Source of the DNA: Clostridia bacterium
GTDB taxonomy: Bacteria; Bacillota; Clostridia; UMGS1883
Direction of reading: 5' to 3'
Length of the DNA: 60,586 nt
NCBI GenBank assembly: GCA_045545055.1
Contig: JAZQAB010000105.1
Location: forward strand, 1-60,586
A program made the position numbers and the translations under genes. Within the stretch, counting starts at the first letter, position 1. Each line of letters opens with the position of its first letter. Positions 53,750 through 60,586 of the stretch are shown piece after piece. A model generated the notes under the pieces. That model had not been told where the DNA came from, made no database searches, and saw nothing but the letters and a program-made list of their open reading frames with translations.

Positions 53750-56700
53750 AAAAACAGTTTCATTAATTGTTGCCTTAACTGTTGCATTAAATGTGGCAGG
53801 GATAATCGGATTGGCAGTCGATAATATCGTAGAGGAAAGCCTTACGCCTACTGCAGACTGCTATATTTACGCTAAAGAAGCTGATGCAACTCACGCAGGA
53901 GCAGAGCTACAGGTTGCATATTCTACAGGTACTTGGGATTCTACCAAAAGAAGAGTTTCATTTCTCAATTTTGATTTGAGCAGCTATTCTCCGAATCCTG
54001 ATAAAATAAAAGAAATTGTACTTCAAATGACATCAGCCAGCACTGTCAGCGATGTTAATTTTAAAGTCTATCTTTTGCCTGACGAATACGAAGGTGCGAA
54101 TACAAATCCTGCCTGGGACTGCAGCACATTAACTTGCACGCAGGCAGTTACTCTTGGACTGACAGATTGTATTACACCCGAAAACTTGCTGTATGATAGC
54201 GGAAATATAAATTTGACGAGAAAAAGTGCTTTTAGTTCGGCTGATATAAAAGAAAAGATAATAGCTCATCTTAAGAATACATCAAACGGGAATATAACTT
54301 TTCTGATTGATACTGATAATCCGTCAGGTTATATGATATATAATACAGATGCTTCAAATGCTCTGTATCGCCCTAAACTTAAATTAAAGGTTGATAACAC
54401 TAAAACCGATGCTGAAATTTTAAGCGAAATAAAAGAAGAACTGGATTTTGATGTTATTAAGGGTGAAAACACATCAGATCAAAGTATAATAGATGATTTA
54501 GTACTGCCGACAACCTTTGAGGGAGCAACGATAGAATGGAGCAGTGATCCTGAAGGAATAATCGATACTGACACTGACATAGGAAAGGTAACAAGACCAT
54601 ACAGCAGTACCGATGCAGAGGTGAAGCTTACCGCAGATATAACCTATGGTACGGCAAATGACAGTAAAGAGTTTAATCTGACAATTGTAAGAAATATTCC
54701 CGACAGCGAGCTTCTTGAAGAAGCAATAGCGGATTTAACCTTTGACACTATTAAGGGGGAGAATCTTTCGGAAGATGATATTAAGTATCCGTTAAGCCTT
54801 CCCACAACCGGACTTCATAATACACAGATAACTTGGAAATCCGAGAATAAGGCGATTGCTATTAATGATGAAACCGGTGAAATTACAATTCCCGGCAGAA
54901 TTGAGGGAGCATCAACGGGAAAACTGATAGCAACACTTACTTGTGGCACTGCAAACGGCAACAAGGAGTTTAACCTGACTGTACCGGCAGGCGAAAACCT
55001 TCCCTCGGAATTGTTAAATACCGGGTACTGCTTGGCAGAAAGTGCAGCTTATGTCAGGAAAAACAGGGAAGAAGAAAGCTACCCCGGTCAGCTGGTTTTA
55101 GACTGCAGCTCAAGTGCTACAAGAATAGGATTTATTAAGTTCGATTTGACAGAGCATGAGGAAATAATATCAAAAATGAATTCTGTTTCTCTGAGAATCA
55201 CTACGGCAGCAAGCCTGGGCAGCGGCAACAGCAATGATTTTACTGTCTATCTTATGAATGACAGCATGGAAAATGCTAATCTGAGCGGACTTACATACAA
55301 GGCTGCATCAGAGCAGGGGCTTCTCACATATGAAAATTCAACGCTTGTTCACACTCAAGCTCCGGGCATGTCGGCATCAACCTCGTATTACACTGTTGAC
55401 ATATCTGGAGCGGTTAAACAAAATCTTGCGGAAGGTAATAAAACCCTGCTTTTCAGAATAGAGCAAACACAGGGAATAGCTTATACTCTTATGGGCATGG
55501 ATGCAGCCGACAGCTTTATGCCTGCTCTGAAAATAGATTATCAGAAGCCTGAACATGAAATGGACGCAGAAATACTTTCTTTACCCGATGTTACAGACAG
55601 CGACATAGAACTGCCGAATACCGGACTTTTCGGGTCTGCGATTACATGGACGACAAGTAATTCTTCAATTATAGATCTTGACGGAAATGTAAACACCGGC
55701 TATGTTTCCGAAGATATGCAGCAACAGGATTCTGTTGTAAGATTAACGGCAACTGTTATTTCTCAGGACGAAAAGTATCCTGATGCAGTGCGAACCTTTG
55801 ATGTGAGAGTTCGCAGATATGCAACAGCAGATGCAGACCTTGATTATTCAATCAATGAAAGTGCCGCTGATAAAACAGGCGAATATTTAAGTGTAGGCGG
55901 CAGTGATAATGATATAGCAGTTATATCGGCAGACGTGTCGGAGTTCTATGGCTATGCGGAGGATAAACGAAAAATTGTTCTTAAACTGTATACGCAGGAA
56001 AGCTATATAGGAGAAGAAGTATCACTTAACTGTCTTTCGGGACGTGATGAGAATGAGGTAAATAGCCTGACATATTCCGAAATCACAAATCTCAGTGGTG
56101 AATATAGTGCCACTGAGGAGGTGACGGAGAGTAATATTCTCTGTTTTGATATAACAGAATACGTATGGGACTGCGGAGAGGAACGTCTGACCTTTATTCT
56201 CAGCAAAACGGGCAAGAAAATCAGATTCTGTTCATCGGACGGATATATCGGAAAAGTACCGGGAGTACTTATTGCGGATACTGTTTACGACGATGAATAC
56301 GGAGCAGCCGCGGCTGCACAGGCCGTCAGTTTTTCCGACATATCCTCCGATTACAACGAGGAAAATATCAGACATAATCTTACATTGCCCGAAAGCGGAA
56401 GGTTCGGAGCAGTATTCACATGGACTTCAGCTGACAGTGCAATTACAATAGACGGAGAAACAGGAATTGTTACCCGTGGCAGTACGGATACTGAGGTTTT
56501 GCTTACCCTTACGGCAACTGTGGGTGATAAAACCGCCACAAAAGAATTTAATCTTACGGTGAAAAAACAGGAAACCGACAACGAATATGCAGAGTTTTTA
56601 ATAAGTACGTTAAGCTTTGATAATTCAATTGTTACAGATGATATTGTTCTTCCGGGCGAGAATCTTCCCGACGGTACTACTGTGTCATGGAGCAGCAGTG

Positions 56701-58100
56701 ATACTGATGCCGCACAGATTAACGGTTTTGTAGCGGAGATAGAGAGAAGTCTGATTAAAGAAGTACCCGTGACTTTGAAAGCTATGCTTAGTGTCGGAGA
56801 GGGCGAAGCAGAAAAGGAATTCCCGTTTACCATTATTCGCTCCGGAACAAAAAATCTGTTGAAGAACAAAAAAATTGCTTCAGGTGACACTTTGGCAGCT
56901 CTTGCAATAGATGACGATGCGGAAACAGTATGGGAAAAATCAAATAACACGCTCGTTATCGATTTGTCAAGTGCAAAAATGATATCAAGCTTTTTGATTC
57001 TGCCTGTTGAAAACAGCATCTTAAATATTAAGATTGAAGCATCGGAGGATAGTAATTACTGGACAGAAATTTACAGTGGCGGAAGCTTTGAAGCAGGGAA
57101 ACTTAACTACATCGAGCCGGATAACATTGGTTACGGACGATACTTACGCTTTACATTCCCTCAGACAAATGTACAGATTGCATATCTCGGAGGCTACAGC
57201 ACGTCGAATACAACTACTGTTGATGAATTTTCGGGAATAGTAATTCCTCAGTCCGCTACAGAAAACTTCGACGTACCGCAGAGTACAAACGGCTATACAA
57301 TCAAATGGACAACCTCATCGAAAACTATAACAATAAGCGGCTCAACAGCAACCGTTACTCGTAAAACATCGTCTGAAAACGTGACTCTAACTGCAACAAT
57401 TACTGTTAATGGAGAAACAAAATCAAAATCCTATGTTGTTTATGTTGCAGGTACAGGCGGTGGAGGAGATGGCGGTTCAGGTGGCTCGGGCAGTAGCGGT
57501 GGAAGCGACAAAATAGGCGGTGTGGACAAGCCCGTACATATAAACACACAGACCACATCACCGTTCAGCGACCTTTCGGGTGCCGAGTGGGCAAAGAGCT
57601 ATATCGAGGAGCTTGCAAAGCTTGAAATTGTAAACGGAATCGGTGATGGTAAATTTGCTCCGCTTAACAATATAAAGCGTGAGGAAATGGCAAAAATTAT
57701 TGTTTCTGCCTTTAATGTACCGTCAGGAGAAGATAATCTCCAAATGAATGATGTTTCTGAGAATGAATGGTATTTTGATTATGTAAAGGCCCTTATAAAC
57801 AGCAAAATTGCACAGGGTACAGGAAATAACAACTTCGGTGTGGGAGAAAATATTTTAAGGCAGGATGCATTCTGCATGATTGCAAAGGCACTCGGTATGT
57901 CTGAGGACATCCAGCCTACACACTCATTTAATGATGATGAAGAAATAGCCCTCTATGCCCGTAATGCAGTACATTTTCTGAAAAATATCGGAATTATCAG
58001 CGGCGATGATAAAAACTGCGTTAATCCCACTGCATATATCACAAGAGCCGAAGCATGTAAGGTGATTTTCCTTGCAATGGAATATTTTAAGGTCATATAA
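53742..58100 (+). CDS. 1452-aa non-catalytic multi-module cell-surface protein with C-terminal 3x SLH anchor
   Basis: Seen: the ATG at 53742 follows AAAGGAGAA and overlaps the upstream stop by 8 nt (ATGATTAA). An N-terminal hydrophobic signal/anchor is present. A beta-sandwich-like module recurs three times (TADCYIYAKEADATHAG...VSFLNFDLSSY; ESAAYVRKNREEESYPG...IGFIKFDLTEH; a third around GEYLSVGG...KLYTQ). Several Ig-like repeats follow the pattern LPxxG..(I/V)xW(S/T)S...I...G.VTR......V.LTATV. There is also one discoidin-like module (LVIDLSSAKMISSFLILPVENSILNIKIEASEDSNYW), a Gly-rich linker and SLH repeats. No catalytic motif recognised. Confidence 0.85.
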   Translation: MIKKTVSLIVALTVALNVAGIIGLAVDNIVEESLTPTADCYIYAKEADATHAGAELQVAYSTGTWDSTKRRVSFLNFDLSSYSPNPDKIKEIVLQMTSASTVSDVNFKVYLLPDEYEGANTNPAWDCSTLTCTQAVTLGLTDCITPENLLYDSGNINLTRKSAFSSADIKEKIIAHLKNTSNGNITFLIDTDNPSGYMIYNTDASNALYRPKLKLKVDNTKTDAEILSEIKEELDFDVIKGENTSDQSIIDDLVLPTTFEGATIEWSSDPEGIIDTDTDIGKVTRPYSSTDAEVKLTADITYGTANDSKEFNLTIVRNIPDSELLEEAIADLTFDTIKGENLSEDDIKYPLSLPTTGLHNTQITWKSENKAIAINDETGEITIPGRIEGASTGKLIATLTCGTANGNKEFNLTVPAGENLPSELLNTGYCLAESAAYVRKNREEESYPGQLVLDCSSSATRIGFIKFDLTEHEEIISKMNSVSLRITTAASLGSGNSNDFTVYLMNDSMENANLSGLTYKAASEQGLLTYENSTLVHTQAPGMSASTSYYTVDISGAVKQNLAEGNKTLLFRIEQTQGIAYTLMGMDAADSFMPALKIDYQKPEHEMDAEILSLPDVTDSDIELPNTGLFGSAITWTTSNSSIIDLDGNVNTGYVSEDMQQQDSVVRLTATVISQDEKYPDAVRTFDVRVRRYATADADLDYSINESAADKTGEYLSVGGSDNDIAVISADVSEFYGYAEDKRKIVLKLYTQESYIGEEVSLNCLSGRDENEVNSLTYSEITNLSGEYSATEEVTESNILCFDITEYVWDCGEERLTFILSKTGKKIRFCSSDGYIGKVPGVLIADTVYDDEYGAAAAAQAVSFSDISSDYNEENIRHNLTLPESGRFGAVFTWTSADSAITIDGETGIVTRGSTDTEVLLTLTATVGDKTATKEFNLTVKKQETDNEYAEFLISTLSFDNSIVTDDIVLPGENLPDGTTVSWSSSDTDAAQINGFVAEIERSLIKEVPVTLKAMLSVGEGEAEKEFPFTIIRSGTKNLLKNKKIASGDTLAALAIDDDAETVWEKSNNTLVIDLSSAKMISSFLILPVENSILNIKIEASEDSNYWTEIYSGGSFEAGKLNYIEPDNIGYGRYLRFTFPQTNVQIAYLGGYSTSNTTTVDEFSGIVIPQSATENFDVPQSTNGYTIKWTTSSKTITISGSTATVTRKTSSENVTLTATITVNGETKSKSYVVYVAGTGGGGDGGSGGSGSSGGSDKIGGVDKPVHINTQTTSPFSDLSGAEWAKSYIEELAKLEIVNGIGDGKFAPLNNIKREEMAKIIVSAFNVPSGEDNLQMNDVSENEWYFDYVKALINSKIAQGTGNNNFGVGENILRQDAFCMIAKALGMSEDIQPTHSFNDDEEIALYARNAVHFLKNIGIISGDDKNCVNPTAYITRAEACKVIFLAMEYFKVI

Positions 58101-58138
58101 CAACTATTGTAAGCACTGATTAAATTGGAATTTTAAAA

Positions 58139-58216
58139 TACAATCCCTCCGTCAGCCTTACGGCTGCCACCTCCCTTTACACAAGGGAGCTGTCACGAAG
58201 TGACGGAGGGATTGTA
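58139..58216. repeat. 78-nt structured palindromic intergenic element (REP/MITE-like; may act as terminator)
   Basis: Seen: 16-bp perfect outer arms, TACAATCCCTCCGTCA (58139-58154) and TGACGGAGGGATTGTA (58201-58216). They enclose two inner hairpins: CAGCC-ttac-GGCTG (58153-58166) and CTCCCTT-tacac-AAGGGAG (58171-58189). The element starts 39 nt after the stop at 58100. Confidence 0.85.
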
Positions 58217-58333
58217 GGATATATTTTAATAAATAAAACAGTTTTTTACACTATAACAACACAATTTTGCATCTTCTGATATGACGACTATATTACAATA
58301 AAATAAAAGAGTAAAATGAAAGAAGGTAAATTT

Positions 58334-60586
58334 ATGTCAAAAAGAATTTTATCCTCGGCGTTGGTAGTTCTTATGCTACTGTTTATTCTCCCGATAGGAG
58401 CAGCATTTGCAGCGGAAGAAAGTCCTATGACTGCAATTAAGACTAATACAGACACTTTTGAAGATTCAACGAAATTGCTTAGTGCAACTAAAAACGCAGG
58501 CACGATGCCTACACTGGTTGCTGATCCAACAGATGCAACAAATAATGCTCTTAGTCTTGGCAAATATTTTCGTATTGCACATAGCTATTTTGCCTCCGGT
58601 GCAAGTGCAACAGACACGGATAAGTATTTTACAGAGTACGAATTTGATTTTTATGCTGATGAACTTAATAATACAACTGATATGATGTTAGGTATCAGAA
58701 TTAACGGTGCAAATACTTATGTTTTCGGTATTGATACTGCAGACACCGCGAATGGCGGAAGGTATCTTGTAAGCGGTTACAAAACCAGAAATACTGCTTA
58801 TGAGATATCAAAGGATACATGGTATAGATTCAAGATTGTATATGATGACAAGGAAGATACAGCGAGGGTTTATGTGAAAGAAAGAAATGAGGAGTCTTTT
58901 GAACCTCTTAGTTTTTCAGTTGCTGCAACAGGATTTCCCGAGTATTATGTAGATGAATACACATTAAATGCTGCGAAGTCTGCAAATCAAGATCCTTGTT
59001 TCCTTAATAATCAGATTATCTGGGGAAGTTCTACAGCAGCCAGCCAAACTGTAGACATCAAAATGTACATAGATAACTTTACTATTTCTCACTATAACGA
59101 ATATCTTTCAGCACTTAACGCTTGTGCAACAGCTGCACAGGTGAAAGAGGTTCTTGATTTCTACAGTGCATACGGTTACTTTAATTATGGCGATGATGAA
59201 ATCCCTAACGGTGCATATGATGAACTTATTGGTAAGAGCTTTACAACTAAAACAGACGTGCAGACAGCATGGGATGCGTATGTTGCTGCAAATTCAAACG
59301 CACCCAAACTTTTTGAACTTTTAAACGCTGCTGCAGACGAATACGAAGCGTTGTATGTAATAAAGAGCTTTGAGTCTGTGTTTACTGCAAGCAGTATTAA
59401 TATCTCAAATCTGGATTCATATAAGTGTAAGCAATTGACTGGAAAAGATTTTGCTTCGGACGATGCTGTAAAAACTGCTGTATCAGCAGCATTAGCAGTT
59501 GATTCACCTATTTTAAAAACTCTTTACTACAATTTTGAAGACGGAAAAACAGTATATACATCAGGCGGTACAATCATCAATGATTCTACCGTAACAAATT
59601 TAGAAAACAAGATTCTTAGCCTTAGTGGAAATCACTGGCTGAACGTTGAAGATGCTCTTGGAAGCAGACTTACAGAAGGTATAATTAAGCTTAATGCAAA
59701 GTGGTATGCAGATTTCGGCACAGATTCATCTACAGGAAAAGGTATGCGTATTAACTGGAGAGGAACAGTCGGTGAAGATGAAAATGTGAGCTTGAACGTT
59801 ATGACACTTGTTCATAACGGAAGATGGGCCGGTCCCTCTGATACATGGTCGCTGCAGAGTGCAGAGCAGAAAAACTGGTATGATGTTTCAACTGTTCTGA
59901 ATCTTGACAGCGAGACCTTTGCTGCAAAAGCAAAGAAAGCAGATTCTGCAACATATGAAGCATTGGCATTCCCCCAGTACACTGAAGCAACAGGTACAGA
60001 TGTAAAAGTTTATGAGGATGTTCACTATTTAGTAGGTGCTACATACAAAGGAGCTGCTGTTACAAATGCAGCGAACGGTACACCTAATGAAGACGTATGG
60101 CTTTACGGATTCTTGCAGAATGCGGGCAGTGCAGTAGAAACAGATTACCTTGATAATATCAGCTACGATATTTACAAGCCTATGCACGATGCTCTTTCTA
60201 ATCAGTCAGCGGAGAAGGTAGAGGAATACCTTGCTCTTTACGAAGAACTCAATTCCTTTGTACCCGAATACGATGAAGAATCAGGCATTGACATGGATTT
60301 AGTGTATGCAGGAATGGCAAACACTTCATATGCAAATGATGCTGCCGTTATTGCAAAATATAACGAGCTTTGTGAAGCAAATCTTCCACCTTTCTCAATT
60401 AAGCTTAACGTTTACCGCAACGATGTGCCTGTTGGTGAACAGAAATATGACGAAGGCAAATTTAAGGCTGAGATTGAATTTACAAACAATCAGGACGATA
60501 TTGACGAGAATTTCATTGTCATTGCCGCACTTTTTAACGAAGATGACGATTCTATTGCAGAAGTAGCTTCAAGTCGGAGGCCAAGC
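58334..60586 (+). CDS. Secreted protein of unknown function, N-terminal 751 codons; 3-prime end outside window (not in the supplied ORF track)
   Basis: Seen: the ATG at 58334 lies 7 nt after AGAAGG. I read the frame by hand and found it open with no stop to the last base of the window (2253 nt = 751 codons). Signal peptide: MSKRILSSALVVLMLLFILPIGAAFA. The ORFs listed here (58288..58563 -, 58458..58685 +, 59799..59990 -, 60306..60566 +) are all in other frames. Confidence 0.8.
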   Translation, partial: MSKRILSSALVVLMLLFILPIGAAFAAEESPMTAIKTNTDTFEDSTKLLSATKNAGTMPTLVADPTDATNNALSLGKYFRIAHSYFASGASATDTDKYFTEYEFDFYADELNNTTDMMLGIRINGANTYVFGIDTADTANGGRYLVSGYKTRNTAYEISKDTWYRFKIVYDDKEDTARVYVKERNEESFEPLSFSVAATGFPEYYVDEYTLNAAKSANQDPCFLNNQIIWGSSTAASQTVDIKMYIDNFTISHYNEYLSALNACATAAQVKEVLDFYSAYGYFNYGDDEIPNGAYDELIGKSFTTKTDVQTAWDAYVAANSNAPKLFELLNAAADEYEALYVIKSFESVFTASSINISNLDSYKCKQLTGKDFASDDAVKTAVSAALAVDSPILKTLYYNFEDGKTVYTSGGTIINDSTVTNLENKILSLSGNHWLNVEDALGSRLTEGIIKLNAKWYADFGTDSSTGKGMRINWRGTVGEDENVSLNVMTLVHNGRWAGPSDTWSLQSAEQKNWYDVSTVLNLDSETFAAKAKKADSATYEALAFPQYTEATGTDVKVYEDVHYLVGATYKGAAVTNAANGTPNEDVWLYGFLQNAGSAVETDYLDNISYDIYKPMHDALSNQSAEKVEEYLALYEELNSFVPEYDEESGIDMDLVYAGMANTSYANDAAVIAKYNELCEANLPPFSIKLNVYRNDVPVGEQKYDEGKFKAEIEFTNNQDDIDENFIVIAALFNEDDDSIAEVASSRRPS

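Noticed and set aside
52726-57019. Ser/Pro-rich minus-strand ORFs 52726..53274 (182 aa) and 56351..57019 (222 aa).
   Set aside because: They are mirror frames of Gly/Glu/Thr-rich coding sequence in the SLH proteins. Low-complexity antisense artefacts.
1-60586. Looked for CRISPR arrays, tRNA/rRNA genes, intact IS/transposase or integrase genes, and riboswitch/T-box leaders in every intergenic region.
   Set aside because: I saw no regularly spaced repeat arrays, cloverleaf-compatible segments or rRNA-like stretches. Intergenic regions longer than 100 nt are accounted for by promoters, terminators, relics or the palindromic element described above.

Overview
This is a 60.6-kb, gene-dense, visibly AT-rich window. 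It reads like a carbohydrate-utilisation island of a low-GC Gram-positive (Clostridia-type) bacterium: it has GGAGG-type ribosome-binding sites, lipoprotein solute-binding proteins, and six proteins with S-layer-homology (SLH) wall anchors. Layout: (i) 2-370 is the tail of a SIS-domain gene. (ii) Cassette 1 spans 405-22105. It has an AraC regulator on the minus strand. On the plus strand follow a cytoplasmic GH20-like protein, an uncharacterised 654-aa protein, an ABC importer (two permeases plus a lipoprotein SBP, no ATPase gene) and two discoidin/CBM32-like secreted proteins (515 aa; 1536 aa with SLH). The cassette ends with an 877-aa N-terminal-SLH protein of unknown function, a cytoplasmic GH88 unsaturated glucuronyl hydrolase and a 1290-aa heparinase II/III-like protein with C-terminal SLH. 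(iii) 22449-33954 is a LacI-controlled divergon. GH3, GH36 alpha-galactosidase and LacI are on the minus strand; a fucose-isomerase-like protein, an esterase, a ketose-3-epimerase-like protein and a clan GH-D hydrolase are on the plus strand. An identical 18-bp palindrome sits on both outward promoters. (iv) 33955-34908 is a rearrangement scar (AraC tail fragment, 5-prime-truncated and frameshifted SDR, 24-bp perfect hairpin), followed by galT-galK. (v) 37602-40345 is gene-poor, with a DUF1016/YhcG-type nuclease gene, a serine-recombinase C-terminal remnant and a mini-ORF. (vi) Cassette 2 spans 40346-58100. It has a paralogous AraC / two permeases / SBP / GH88 unit and a terminator. An 867-aa N-SLH paralogue, a 1657-aa heparinase II/III-like SLH protein and a 1452-aa non-catalytic multi-module SLH protein follow. 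(vii) A structured palindromic element (58139-58216) is followed by a secreted-protein ORF (58334 to the window end) that is missing from the ORF track. The most interesting signal is the duplicated, wall-anchored lyase + GH88 + ABC system with conserved uncharacterised surface components. I recognised no rRNA, tRNA, CRISPR array or intact transposase/integrase. All family calls rest on motif recognition by eye; no searches were run.
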